This document shows, one piece after another, positions 1-12,736 of a DNA stretch of 42,466 bases; position 1 is the stretch's first letter; each line of letters begins with the position of its first letter. A program made the position numbers and the translations under genes. The notes beneath the pieces were generated by a model that was not told where the DNA came from, did not search any database, and saw only the letters and a program-made list of their open reading frames with translations. Source of the stretch: Callorhinchus milii (taxonomy: Eukaryota); the NCBI RefSeq assembly GCF_018977255.1, contig NW_024705463.1, forward strand, positions 1 through 42,466, written 5' to 3'.

Positions 1-248
1 ATCTTCCCATGCAGCCTAAACTGTTCTGCCCTCTCTGCGGATTCAGGAAGTTCAACTCCCTCAGGTGGGCGTGCAGCGACCTACGGAGATCTTCGTTTTT
101 ACAGCGCAGCAATATTTGCCACTGCGCTGCATTGCCAGTCTTGGAGAAAATCTGCAAGGCACTCTCGTGGACTCCAGCTCCAACTGGCCCGCTTTAAGCT
201 GTTGAACCAGACCCCTGTTCTCTCTCTGGAGAGTCTCTCGGTTCTTCA

Positions 249-455
249 TCAACTACTCCTGCTGATACTGGTAGCTTCAGATGGAGCGTCTTGTTCGTAT
301 GACAGGAGCTTCGCATTATGCTGGCCCATCCTCTCCGTTTGCAGCGTCGTGGTCTCGCGGTAAAAGTCTGAGATGGAAAGCGTAAAACGATGTAAAATGA
401 AGATCTCCATCCAAAGCAGGGCCAAGACCAGAACGCCAACGATCAGCAGCGCCAT
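249..455 (-). pseudogene. Possible decayed ORF: N-terminal hydrophobic anchor followed by a coiled-coil-like stretch in shifted frames
   Basis: ATG at 455 gives MALLIVGVLVLALLWMEIFIL; LMKNRETLQRENRGLVQQLKAGQLELE lies downstream in another frame; next to a CpG-rich promoter-like region. No family recognised. Confidence 0.25.
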
Positions 456-469
456 GTTCAGCTCGTGTT

Positions 470-900
470 GACGGCACGCGGGACAGAAGCAAGTGTGAGA
501 CGCGTCACGAGGGGCGTGTCATTCATCGTGACGTCAACACCGGATGTGACGCGCGGTCTGACGTAACAGACATCGCCCGCCCTCGCTTCCTGTCAAATCA
601 TTTCACACCACGTGACTACACAAGCCCGCCCATAACCGCACAGCTCCTCCCCCTACTCTTCCTCCGTCTTCCGCACGTGACGCCGAAGCGAGCCAATCAC
701 GCGAGAGGGCGGCGCGAGGTCGGCCACGCGAACGCTTTCCGCCATTCTTGCATGGGCGGCGGGGCCGCGCAGGGTGGGGGGACGCCGGGGGGCGGGGCTG
801 AGTTCACTCCACGTCGCGAACGGGAGGAGGGACGAGGGGGAGGGGCCAGGAGCGGGAGGGGGGGAGCCGTGGCGCCACGCGGAGACCGCGACAGCAGCAG
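470..900. promoter_or_regulatory. CpG-island-like promoter region
   Basis: High CpG density; CRE TGACGTCA 529-536, CCGGATGT, two CACGTG E-boxes, GCCAATCA, GGGGCGGGG GC-box. Confidence 0.45.
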
Positions 901-906
901 CAGGAT

Positions 907-1190
907 GTGGTGGTGGTTTGTGTTGGAGGCACGGAGAGGTGGTGGTGTGTTTGTGGTTGGAGGCACGGGAGAGGTGGTGGTGGTGTTGTGGTTGGAGGCA
1001 CGGGAGAGGTGATGGTGGTGTTTGTGGTTGGAGGCACGGGAGAGGTGGTGGTGGTGTTTGTGGTTGGAGGCACGGGAGAGGTGGTGTGTGTTTGTGGTTG
1101 GAGGCACGGGAGAGGTGGTGGTGGTGTGTTTGTGGTTGGCGGCACGGGAGAGTGTGGTGGTGTTTGTGGTTGGAGGCACGGGAGAGGTGG
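907..1190 (+). repeat. G-rich minisatellite, ~30-33 bp unit (GGTGGTGGTGTTTGTGGTTGGAGGCACGGGAGA), about 9 copies
   Basis: Direct tandem repetition; explains the low-complexity ORFs here. Confidence 0.95.
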
Positions 1191-2219
1191 TCACGGACAG
1201 GCGGTGAGTGCCAGGTAATGGAGGCGAGGGAGTGGATGGCAGGGTGAAGGTGGAGTGAGTGAATGAATGAGATGGAGAATGAGTGAGAGGTAAATGAATG
1301 GAAGGGTGAGGCGAGTAAGTGGGTGGAGTGGTGAGTTCACGACAGGGAGATTGGGGCTGAGTGAGTGAATTCAGCGCACGGTAAAGATCCCCTGAGAGCA
1401 TTCGCAGAGTTGCCCATTGAGTGCTGCTGTCAGGGTCCACATTTGCCACTTGGAAAACCACCTGCAAATTACTCCACTTGGCATGATATATATATTAACC
1501 ATTGTAAACGATTACAACTTTTTTTTTAAACGTACGCTATTTGTCAGAGCTAATGCGATGTGCGTTTAGCATATTTGTAGCACGTTAACCAATGTCAACA
1601 TCATCACTTAGACTCTAGCACGTAGTCCATGAGAGAAGTTAGAATGCTTGACAAGCAAGAGAAGCAAGTGGAGTGAGCCAAATGGACATTTCCTAAACCT
1701 CCTGCACCAAAAGCTCAACGCGCTGACACGGAGCGGAGGAATGGAGTCACTGGGAGTCTCTTCTCTGTTCCCGTGTTTCATCATCATCACCACCTACACC
1801 ACGGCTACCCCCACACACAAGTACAACACAAATCCCCCATATACAGTACACACAAGGAAACACACAGATCCCCCATGTAGCCTACCCAGGCAGTTGGGGA
1901 AAGTGCAGTTAGTGAACACCTATTCAGGCTGACATGGCACACGAGGGTGTGGTGTGGCCAGTGCCACGATCGGCCACCTTTGTCTCCCCAGTGCTGATGT
2001 TTACACACTGCGATGGGTACTCAGTTAAGGCTGAATATGCAATAACAAAGCTACACCTAATCGCAGAATCTGAATATTTATACTGGAGTAAAATCCAATG
2101 AGTGCAGTAGAGACAGGACAGGAAGTTACAACCAACACAAATACACGATAAGAGTGCAAAGTATAGTGAAGGTGAACAAATTACTTAAAAATATACAAAT
2201 GAAACTAAACTCTTTTTTT

Positions 2220-2500
2220 ATCTTACCAGGTAAGGCCCAGAGCTATTATCAATTTTTCAGAAGCGAGCTGGCCACAAATAATAGCTCGAGGAAGTGGATT
2301 ATCACGTGAAAATTTATAGCAGCAAAATAATCTAAATGGATGTTTCTAAATGTGGAGAGAAAATCTGGAGAACCCAGAGATAAAATACAAGCGTCCACAG
2401 AGAGAACATGCACACTCCAACTATACAGCAGGTGTCAGGGTCGGGATCAAACCCCCGAACTCTTGCATACCAGGCGAGGAAGATAGCATCACACCACCAT
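2220..2500 (-). mobile_element. tRNA-derived SINE, diverged copy
   Basis: Homologous to copies at 27210-27505 (-) and 39090-39380 (+); degenerate B-box and shared 3' end GGGCCTTACCTGGTAA. Confidence 0.65.
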
Positions 2501-3594
2501 GGTGTCACTTAAATAAATACATAAAAGAATGCAAGTTCTACTTGCATCAATTCCCAAGCTTGGGAAAGGCAGTAAAACAACAGCAATAAACATTCCCAGA
2601 TCACACCCAGACAATGACAGTCTCCCAATAAAATTGTACATTAAAATTAATTATTGATACGTTTAAGCATTCCGAGGCTGTTGAAGTGCTGTTATTTGGT
2701 ATACAGATATATGTATACGGAAAGATTAGAAATATCAAGTGTATTTGTTTAGCCAGGTTTTTAACCTGGATAGTTCATTTGCAAGTGTAATCTGAGACAC
2801 CAAAATCGAAAACTAATAAATTAGAGCAATGAAAGAGAATTCAGAGCAAAAACAACTTTTATGCAAGAAATCGACAACATTGCACAAACAATCATTCATA
2901 AATTCCTTCTAGCTAAAGTCGACTTGGAAGATTATTTTTAGACCGATCATAACGCAATTGAAAGTTAAAATACATGCATTTTAAACAGATATAGGGTGAC
3001 TATTGAAGTCATAAATAGACTAGGATATGTGCATGAGTGTGATACACACCACTATGTACGCACATTTATGAAAAACTTTCCTACTCAGTGAAACCATGGT
3101 GAGCTGCCAGACCATTAAACCCCCCCCCCGCCCGCATGCCCCCGCCACCCCTCCCCCACAACCCCCAACATCGTTTCTATATACCACATTCATACAGGTA
3201 GGAACAAGTTCCCACTCCCACCAGGGATTATTTGTCTGTCTGTCGTGCATAGCCACGCCCTCGATTTGTATTTCATAGAGCGCTTCGGGCGGGCTCAGTA
3301 CCATGTGATGCGCCGCCCCACGCAGCTTGCGCCGCATGACACGGATCGTACAAATGCGCTGTCCAACCAAGTTCCTACCTGCCCACTCCGAAGGAACGTG
3401 TTAAATACACTTACACATCAGAATCACCACGCTCATCAGCATTTTGGAGCCGCGTTTACCCTCGGCTCCGTGTGGAGCTCACAGAGAGCTCCCCGCTCAT
3501 TGTCGTCTCAGAGTCGGTGCCGGCAATCGGAGCCGTGGAGGTGAAATGCGTTTGGGCAGCTCTGTCTGCTGCAGCATCAGTGTCGCCTCTCAGC

Positions 3595-3682
3595 TTAAAC
3601 ATAAATACGCAGGCCTCCTCGGTGACTCCATTTGCTCCTCAGCTCCTGCTTCCCCTCCGCACTGAAGTCATTGTCCCTCAAC
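3595..3682 (-). CDS. Terminal coding exon of an NLR/RI-like leucine-rich-repeat gene: (W)LRDNDFSAEGKQELRSKWSHRGGLRIYV*
   Basis: Acceptor CTCTCTCTGTGCTGCAG before 3682; phase 2 matches the 84-nt exon at 4470-4553 and completes an LxxLxLxxN repeat; TAA at 3595-3597. Confidence 0.7.
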
Positions 3683-4223
3683 CTGCAGCACAGAGAGAGG
3701 TTCACGCTGATGCGGGTTCACACGGAGACTCGGGCAGCTCCCCACAGTTCGAGACCCACGTAGCCCCCACAACAACCACGCTGGATGAACGTCTCCCCAT
3801 GCCATGAGAGCTGCTTTACTATACTTCATCACACAGGTCAGTGCAGGTCTGTGATGGAAGGACTGCCGATCTAGGATCGTAGAATAGTTCAAGGGTAGAT
3901 TGTGCTGCACACCGCAGTCTGTTGCCCGCAACTTAGCTCTGATGCCTATAACACCTGTGGTCATGTGCGGTGGTCAACCATCTAAGCACTATCCAGGCTT
4001 ACCTTGCAGATTTGAGATCGGGGCATTCCCAGTGGTTTGGCCATGTGCCTGCATCTGATATAATAAATATTACATGCACTGGAATACATTCACTACTAAT
4101 CCCACTTCTGACAATGGCTCTGATAGCACATAAACGTCATGTGCAGGAGGCCCATTGCCAAATACGTTGCCTTTTCCATATTTGTTCTGTTAAGGCCACA
4201 GTGTTATTAACGAATCTAAGTTG

Positions 4224-4410
4224 TATTCTTGGTTCTTTCGGTAAAGTCACATAGAAGGGAAATAATAAAATAATTAAAATAAAACAATTACTGGAATGCT
4301 TTATTTAATTATTTTCATTATGTTTTATTTTTATTATTTCCCTTCTACGTGACTTTACCGAAAGAACCAAGAATATGAATCCCGGCAGTCACGAAAGCTT
4401 TAAATTGGAT
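4224..4410. mobile_element. Fold-back mini-insertion of a Penelope-like 3' end with 9-bp TSD
   Basis: Inverted arms TATTCTTGGTTCTTTCGGTAAAGTCAC.../...GTGACTTTACCGAAAGAACCAAGAATA, then tail GCAGTCACGAAAGCT; ATCTAAGTT at 4214-4222 and 4411-4419. Confidence 0.8.
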
Positions 4411-4469
4411 ATCTAAGTTATTTGTCTGTAGCAATAGAGCACATGTGAGACACGAGTAGCAGAGCTTAC

Positions 4470-4553
4470 CAGAGTTCCATCAATGCTTTGTTGGTGATCA
4501 TGATGTCATGAAGAGCTGGGATCGATTTGTCCGTCAGTGAGCAGACCTGCAGA
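4470..4553 (-). CDS. 84-nt phase 2-2 exon encoding one 28-aa RI-like LRR (LQVCSLTDKSIPALHDIMITNKALMEL)
   Basis: Acceptor CTCTCCCTGTAG, donor GTAAGC; 84-nt symmetric exons are typical of vertebrate NLR LRR regions. Confidence 0.75.
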
Positions 4554-5166
4554 CTACAGGGAGAGGAGGCACTGAGTGGGGTAAAATTGGAAAATAAAAA
4601 GTGTACACTCACAAGAAATGGAGAGCAACTCAACATCCTTCAATACAATTACAAGGGAGTAAATCTCGTAATATCAGTTAAACAAAGATGTAGGGAGTGA
4701 TCATTGCGGACCCAGCAACGCAACCCTACTTGTCTATTATTTGTTTAATGCGGCTTTGTCCAACACGGCATTTTCCAGGAACATAACACCTCGCATTCGG
4801 CGAGGTCTGCCTGTGCGATATATTGTATTAAACATTGCGTTGGTCCATGAAAGGCCACTGTAGATACAGGGAGTCAGAATCAAAATCTGAATATTAAATT
4901 GGAGAATCCGAAAAGCTATAAAGCTCATTATCACAGAAGCCCACGCTACCCATTACGAGGCCAAGGCTGGTTTAAACTGTATATTGGGTAAGGATAAAAA
5001 AAATGTTAAAATGTATAGGGTCGGCGTATAAGAGTCATTGGTGACTTTATGGCTTTAATAAGGATCATGTTGTGTTATTAATGTAAACGTATGGGTGGGC
5101 AATTAATGTCAAGCTTGCAGCCGTTCGTTATATTAAATTCTTTATTTTAATTTATAACGTTAAACA

Positions 5167-5853
5167 AAGATGATCATCGATTATATCCAGAGCGTGCCTA
5201 TCTGGCTTCCAACATCTGGTGAAACCGGTAAAACCTCTCCAAAGGCTGTACCATTCCGGCGACCGCCACCATGTGCGTGACAAAACAAGTAGCTACGCTT
5301 TATTTCAGGATCAAATACTATATACAGTACATTACACACTACATACAACTTAAACAATGAAAATACTGCACGTATATAAATGTTTCATGACTAATAACTA
5401 GTCATAGAAACAGAAAACATACAGTGCGATCTGGCGAAAATTGCGTGCAATTCGGCGTTCGCCAGAGCACCGATCTGAAGGCTGCATCAGTCCGACGATT
5501 CTCAAACACAAGTTGTTGTTGTCAAACACAAGTTTGTGTAAACAGAAGTTGTTGTTAAACACAAGTGTTGTCAAACACAAGTTGTTGTTAAAAACAATTG
5601 GAGTGGTGAGTGCGGTACAGTAAATACAGTAACTTTTTACAGCAGGATATTAATTTTTCTTTGTATATGTATTTCAAAGATTTTCACATCGCAAACTATT
5701 TTAAAACACTAAATATATACAGAACACATTAAAATATCATTTTCAAGAATATGCAAAAATAAGCTATTTTAAACAATGATGCGATTATCGAGTGTTTTTG
5801 AAAATCCGGCACCCCCTTCCCCCCGAAGCCGCCAGATAATCGATGATCTACTG
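5167..5853. mobile_element. Tc1/mariner (pogo/Tigger-like) MITE, copy 1
   Basis: Terminal inverted repeats ...GATGATCATCGATTAT / ATAATCGATGATCTACTG followed by TA; internal satellite ~5503-5596. Confidence 0.65.
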
Positions 5854-6773
5854 TATTAGCATAATATAGTTTGAAACAATATCATTGGTTAGAGTAGGTA
5901 ACGTGACAATTGTAATGGTATTGTGATTTAATAGTGGTTTAAGTGATGTAATAAGTGTGGCTAATAACTTAATTGATGCACACAAAAGAAAGTTATAATA
6001 GATGTTAAAATACTGTACAACATTACTATGCTATACCGAGTATCTTTGTGTTTTGTGTCCGCATGTGTATATATTTGTTTAGGTGTACTTATATAAGTGT
6101 GTGTGCATCAGGACATTACTCACGCTAACGTCTCCAAACTCCCTTCTCTCCCCAACATCCCGTCCGCTATAAGTGGAGGCCGCTGTCTCCGATCTTGTTT
6201 TCACTCAGCCTGAACCCGCGTGGACGGGAGAAGGGACAGCGCTGACTCACTGAGCCCACGGGAACCGCGGAGTCAAACACGTGGTGAGTGAGGGACACTC
6301 ACAATGGCGGTGAACGTGACCAGAGCACACACGTTCACGAGCAAAGCTGCTCATTGTTTAATGCTTCTGTGTTATACATTTTATATATAATAGGTGGCAT
6401 TCACAAATATCAGTTTACTCACAATCATCCATTCAATTATACTGCACTGTACCTTTCTAATATGAAAAGTGTTTGTTTTCTCAACACAAAGTTACAGAGG
6501 ATCACACACAAGTACATTTTCATCGAGGAACACAGGGAGATGTTTACAATTAATTAATGTATCTGCTAACAATGTGAATATTGCTTTAGCCTACGTGTTA
6601 AACTAAACAAATGTGTTAAGATTACAGTAAAACATTTTGAAAGTGGACTCGATTAAGCAGGACAGCAAGATTAAATGTGTTCACATTTAAATGTTTACTT
6701 CACGACGCGTTGCACCAACAATTAGCACAGTTCGTGCACAGAACACATGTGAGAAACGAACAGCAGAGCTTAC

Positions 6774-6856
6774 CAGAGACTCTTCAATCTGTGTTGGCCT
6801 TGAGGATGTCTCTGAGAGAGGAACCCGACTTGTCCGTCAGTGAACACTCATGCAGG
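6774..6856 (-). pseudogene. Duplicated LRR exon, 83 nt (one base short): LHECSLTDKSGSSLRDILKANT then frameshift
   Basis: Acceptor CTCTCCCTGCAG, donor GTAAGC; homologous to 4470-4553; ACAGATTG versus ACAGGATTG in the 10460 copy. Confidence 0.65.
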
Positions 6857-7055
6857 CTGCAGGGAGAGAAGAGACGGTGAGTGGGGGCAGAGAGGATGGG
6901 TGGAGGGTCTGGGCACAGAGTGGGGGATGGTGAGAGGTGGTGGTGGTTGACGGGACAGTGGTTGAGGGTCGTGTTTGTGGAGACTGCACATATTCTTGGG
7001 TATTTCGGTAAAGTCAAGTAGATAGGTTCAAATAAAATAACAAAGATCACAAAAA

Positions 7056-7097
7056 CTACGACGTTTCGATCGCAACACAAGCGATCGTCATCAGGAG
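7056..7097 (-). ncRNA. Minimal type I hammerhead ribozyme (Penelope-associated)
   Basis: CTGATGA-C-GATCGC-TTGTGTT-GCGATC-GAAACGTC on the minus strand; perfect stem II. Same motif at 10751-10792 (-). Confidence 0.75.
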
Positions 7098-7580
7098 AAA
7101 AAAGGGCGGGAAAGCTGCTGAGGCAGGCTGTTTTAAAGGTTTGAAATGGGTGCAGTCCAAAGGTCATATGGGTGACTACACCCATTTCAAACCTTTAAAC
7201 AGCCTGCCTCAGCAGCTTCCCTGCTCTTTTAATTACACGCTTTCTATTAACTCTGTTGTTGTCGTATCCTCAAATCTTGTAACTCAATTTTAACCCACTT
7301 CCCAATGTGGTATCGACTGCAAACTTGGTATACTTATGTCTTACTGATGACAATACTATATTCTATCATTCAAAAAAATATTTTTAAACATTCTATAATG
7401 TTATGTTTCGGCTTGGGTCTAATTGTCCACGCTCAACTGACGTTGGCTGTAAATCACCACGGTCCCTTACGTTGTGGCAGCCTCGCGGCCACTTCCTGGA
7501 GTCGTGGAGTTCTGCCATTACGAGTACAGTACATTTCATTAAAGCGTATTTTAAAAAAGTATTTTTAAATATTGATTATT

Positions 7581-7623
7581 TCTCCTGATGACGATTGCTT
7601 GTGTTGCGATCGAAACGTCGTAG
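7581..7623 (+). ncRNA. Minimal type I hammerhead ribozyme (Penelope-associated)
   Basis: CTGATGA(7585)-C-GATTGC-TTGTGTT-GCGATC-GAAACGTC. Same motif at 11281-11322 (+). Confidence 0.75.
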
Positions 7624-7733
7624 TTTTTTTTTTTATTTGAACCTATCTACGCGACTTTACCGATAGACCCAAGAATATGAATTCCTGCAATCACAAAAGT
7701 TTTAAGTCAAAATTTAATCTATGACGTTAAATA

Positions 7734-8616
7734 CAGATGATCATCGATTAAATCGAGTTCATGTTTATCTGGCTTCCAACATCCGGTGAAACGTAAAACC
7801 GCTGCAAAGGCTGTACCAGTCCGGCGATCGGCACCATGTGCGTGACAAAACAAGTAGCTGTGCTTTATTTCAGTGCCAAATAATATATACAGTACATTAC
7901 ACACTACATACAACTTAAACAATGAAATACTGCACGTATATAAATGTTTCATGACTGATAACTACAGTAACAGAAACAGTAAACACAGTGCGATCCAGCG
8001 AAAATTGCGTGCAATTCGGCGTTCGCCAGAGCACCGATCTGAAGGCTGCATCAGTCAGACGATTGTCAAACACAAGTTGTTGTTGTCAAACACAAGTTGT
8101 TGTTGTCAAACACAAGTTGTTGTTAAACAAGTAGTTGTCAAACACAAGTTGTTGTTGTTAAACACAAGTAGTTGTCAAACACAGTTGTTGTCAACACAAG
8201 TAGTTGTCAAACACAAGTTGTTGTCAAACACAAGTTGTTGTCATCAAACACAAGTTGTCATCAAACACAAGTTGTTGTCAACACAAGTTGTTTTGTTGTT
8301 GTCAAACACAAGTTGTTGACAAGAGCGTAGTACGCACATCACCCCATGCAGAGTCTTCGATATTGGAGTGGTGAGTGCGGTACAGTAAATAGTCACTTTT
8401 TACAGCAGGATATTTATTGTCTTTGTATATTTATTTAAGCGATTTTCATATCGCAAACAATTTAAAAAACTAAATATATACAGAGCACCTATAAACATCT
8501 TATTCAATAATGTGCAAAAATAAGCTATTTTAAATAATGACGCGATTATCTGGTGTTTTTGAAAATCAAGTACCCCCTTCCCCCCGAAGCCGCTGGATAT
8601 AATAGATGATCTACTG
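7734..8616. mobile_element. Tc1/mariner-like MITE, copy 2
   Basis: TA|CAGATGATCATCGATTA ... TAATAGATGATCTACTG|TA; internal AAACACAAGTTGTTGT satellite ~8063-8320. Confidence 0.75.
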
Positions 8617-8796
8617 TATTAACACAATATAGTTTGAAACAATATCATTGTTTAGAGTAGGTAATGTGACAATTGTAATTGTATTGTTATTTAATAGTGG
8701 TTAAAAGTGCTGGAATAAGTGTGGCTAATAACTTAATTGATGAGTGCATAAAAAAGAAAGTTATAAAAGACGTTAAAATACAACATTATGCTACTT

Positions 8797-9720
8797 GCTT
8801 ATTAGCCCGTCCTAGGACGGAAGCTGTAATATTTACGAACAAAAATGAGCAGAGTATAATTGTATATTGTGTTAATTGAATGGCAGTGAATCTTGCACGA
8901 AAGTTTGTCATAAAACACTTCACTGCATTTCACAATAGCACTGTATATAACTGACCTTAAATTTGTTCTAATTCACTGCTCTGATACTTTATTCTCTTCT
9001 GCTTTCGGTTGCTGGGGTTCAAATAAATTGGATTGCAGTACAATATCTGGAAAATCACCGAGAAATGTCTATTTAACTAAAATGTAGAAGCATAAATTAG
9101 ACTTACCTTTTGTTTCAAGTGCTGAAGAAAAAATAAAGACCCCAAATCCACTTTGTTGCTGCGTAGAATTATTTATTAGATTCACTTTCAATAAAAAAAA
9201 CGTCAAATTTAAAGCGAATTTGCGAAAAATATATATTTCCGCTCGACCTTCTTAATGACGGGGGGTGCGGCATGTGGAGTGACGTCACGCGCGGGACACA
9301 GCAACTCCCTCATTAATAATCATGAACAGATGACGTCACTCCACATTAATATCATGAGCGGATGACGTCACTCCACATGGAGCTTCCACCCTCACCAATA
9401 ATCATGAGCTGATGACGTCACTCATGTGGACCACGCCCCCCACCCTCATTAATATCAAGAGCGGATGACGTCACTCCACATGAAGCCCCCCCCTCACCTG
9501 TAAAGAAACGTCTGCGTAGAGTTATTTATTTGGTTAACTTTCAATAAAGAAAAGTCTAATTTAAAGCGAATTTGCGTAAAAAAAATTCCGCTCGACCTGC
9601 GTGAGTGTAAAAATCCACCCGCTCATGATTATTTTATTATTAATGACGGGGGGGGGGGGAGTGTGGCATGTGGAGTGACGTCACGCGCGTTACACACATT
9701 TCTGGGCTATTATAGTAGTA
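8797..9720. mobile_element. Non-autonomous insertion absent from the equivalent X/Y junction at ~6030-6045; family uncertain (possibly Helentron-like)
   Basis: Imperfect inverted ends TATTAGCCC / GGGCTATTA; internal direct repeat ~9158-9295 vs ~9512-9690; TGACGTCA-containing minisatellite. Confidence 0.45.
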
Positions 9721-10459
9721 ATACTGTGTTTTGTGTCCACATGTGTGTATATATTTGTTTAGGTGTACTTATATAAGTGTGTGTGCATCAGGACATTACT
9801 CACACTAACGTCTCCAAACTCCCTTCTCTCCCCAACATCCCGTCCGCTAAAAGTCGGAGTCCGCTGTCTCCGATCTCGTTGCGACTCAGCCTAAACCCGC
9901 GTGGACGGGAGAAGGGACAGCGCTGACTCACTGAGCCCACGGGAACCGCGGAGTCAAACACGCGGTGAGTGAGGGACACTCACAATGGTGGTGAACATGA
10001 CCAGAGCACACACGTTCATGAGCAAAGCTGCTCATTGTTTAATGCTTCTGTGTTATACATTTATATATAACAGGTGGCATTCACAAATATCAGTTTAATC
10101 ACAATCATCCATTCAATTATACTGCACTGTACCTTTATAATATGAAAAGTGTTTGCGTTTATATAAACACAAAGTTACAACAGAGGATCACACACAAGTG
10201 AAGAACATTTTAATCGAGGAACACAGGGAGATGTTACAATTAATATATCTGCTAACAATATGAATATTGCTTTAGCCGACGTGTTAAATTAAACAAATGT
10301 GTTAAGATTACAGTAAAACATTTTGAAAGTGGACTCGATTAAGCAGGACAGCAAGATTAAATGTGTTCACATTTAAATGTTTACTTCACGACGCGTTGCA
10401 CCAACAATTAGCACAGTTCGTGCACAGAGCACATGTGAGAAACGAACAGCAGAGCTTAC

Positions 10460-10542
10460 TGGAGACTCTTCAATCCTGTGTTGGCCTTGAAGATGACACT
10501 GAGAGAGGAACCCGACTTGTCTGTCAGTGAACACCTAACAGG
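10460..10542 (-). CDS. Duplicated LRR exon, 83 nt: (PVR)CSLTDKSGSSLSVIFKANTGLKSL
   Basis: Acceptor CTCTCCCTGCAG, donor GTAAGC; homologous to the two other LRR exons; one base missing near its 5' end. Confidence 0.6.
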
Positions 10543-11437
10543 CTGCAGGGAGAGAAGAGACGGTGAGTGGGGGCAGAGAGGATGGGTGGAGGGTCTGGGC
10601 ACAGAGTGGGGGATGGTGAGGATGGTGAGAGGTGGTGGTGGTTGACGGAACAGTGGTTGAGGGTCGTGTTTGTGGAGACTGCACATATTCTTGGGTATTT
10701 CGGTAAAGTCAAGTAGATAGGTTCAAATAAAATAACAAAGATCACAAAAACTACGACGTTTCGATCGCAACACAAGCGATCGTCATCAGGAGAAAAAAGG
10801 GCGGGAAAGCTGCTGAGGCAGGCTGTTTTAAAGGTTTGAAATGGGTGTAGTCCAAAGGTCATATGGGTGACTACACCCATTTCAAACCTTTAAAGCAGCC
10901 TGCCTCAATAGCTTCCCTGCTCTTTTATTACACGCTTTCTATTAACTCTGTTGTTGTCGTATCCTCAAATCTTGTAACTCAATTTTAACCCACTTCCCAA
11001 TGTGGTATCGACTGCAAACTTGGTATACGTATGTCTTACTGATGACAATACTATATTCTATCATTAATTTATTTTATTTTTTAAACATTCTATACATGTT
11101 ATGTTTCGGCTTGGGTCTAATTGTCCACGCTCAACTGACGTTGGCTGTAAATCACCACGGTCCCTTACGTTGTGGCAGCCTCGCGGCCACTTCCTGGAGT
11201 CGTGGAGTTCTGCCATTACAAGTACAGTACATTTCATTAAAGCGTATTTAAAAAACAGTATTTTTAAATATTACTTATTTCTCCTGATGACGATTGCTTG
11301 TGTTGCGATCGAAACGTCGTAGTTTTTATTTATTTTATTTGAACCTATCTACGCGACTTTTACCGATTGACCCAATAATATGAATTCCTGCAATCACGAA
11401 AGTTTTAAGTAAAATTTTGTATCTATGACGTTAAATA

Positions 11438-12736
11438 CAGATGATCATCGATTATATCGAGTTCATGTTTATCTGGCTTCCAACATCCGGTAAAACCGCT
11501 GCAAAGGCTGTACCAGTCCGACGATCGGCACCATGTGCGTGACAAAACAAGTAGCTGTGCTCTATTTCAGTGTCAAATAATATATACAGTACATTATACA
11601 CTACATACAACTTAAACAATGAAATACTGCACGTATATAAATATTTCATGACTGATAACTACAGAAACAGAAAATACAGTGCGATCCAGCGAAAATTGCG
11701 TGCAATTCGGCGGTTGCCAGAGCACCGATCTGAAGGCTGAATCAGTCTGACGATTCTCAAACACAAGTTGTTGTTGTCAAACACAAGAAGTTGTTGTCAA
11801 ACACAAGTTATTGTTAAACACAATATTGTTGTTGTTGTTAAACACAAGTTGTTGTTAAACACAAGTTGTTGTTAAACAAGTTGTTGTCAAACACAAGTTG
11901 TTGTTAAACACAAGTTGTTATAGTCAAACACAAGTTGTTGTCATCAAACACATGTTGTTGTCGTTAAACACAAGTTGTTGTCGTTAAACAAGTTGTTGTC
12001 AAACACAAGTTGTGGTTGTCAAACACAAGTTGTTGTCGTCAAACACAAGTTGTTGTCGTCAAACACAAGTTGTTGTTAAACACAAGTAGTGTTGTTAAAC
12101 AAGTTGTTGTGTTAAACACAAGTTGTTGTCAAACACAAGTAGTTGTTGTCAAACACAAGTAGTTGTTAAACAGTTGTTGTCAAACACAAGTTGTTGTTGT
12201 TGTTAAACACACGTAGTGGTTGTCAAACACAAGTTGTGTTGTCAAACACAAGTTGTTGTTAAACACAAGTAGTTGTTGTTAAACAAGTTGTTGTTGTTAA
12301 ACACAAGTTGTTGTCAAACACAAGTAGTTGTCAAACACAAGTAGTTGTTAAACAGTTGTTGTCAAACACAAGTTGTTGTTGTTGTTAAACACACGTAGTG
12401 GTTGTCAAACACAAGTTGTTGTCAAACACAAGTTGTTATCAAGAGCGTAGTACGCACACAAATTGAGTCGTCGATATTGGAGTGGTGAGTGCGGTACAGT
12501 AAATACAGTCACTGTTTACAGCAGGATATTTATTTAGTTTATTTGTATATTTATGTAAGCGATTTTCATACCGTAAATAATTTAAAACACTAAATATATA
12601 CAGAGCACCTATAAACATCTTATTCAATAATGTGCAAAAATAAGCTATTTTAAATGATGACGCGATTATCTGGTGTTTTTGAAAATCCAGTGCCCCCTTC
12701 CCTCCGAAGCCGCTGGATATAATCGATGATCTACTG
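11438..12736. mobile_element. Tc1/mariner-like MITE, copy 3, with expanded internal satellite (11757-12440)
   Basis: TA|CAGATGATCATCGATTATATC ... GATATAATCGATGATCTACTG|TA. Confidence 0.8.

Larger units (their letters stand above)
6989..7705. mobile_element. Inverted pair of Penelope-like 3' ends (non-autonomous), duplicated at 10684-11410
   Basis: Arms match the 3' end of the PLE at 37930-38125 in opposite orientations; inner palindrome 7113-7217; hammerhead on each arm. Confidence 0.8.

Noticed and set aside
677..1467. ORFs of 100-256 aa on both strands
   Set aside because: Products of the G-rich minisatellite; low-complexity translations.
6165..6290. Plus-strand TATA, AP-1 site and GTGAGT donor as a first exon
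   Set aside because: TATA is not kept in the duplicate at ~9847 and no downstream exon was found.
11757..12440. Short repeats that superficially resemble a CRISPR array
   Set aside because: No unique spacers; simple satellite in eukaryotic DNA; no cas genes.
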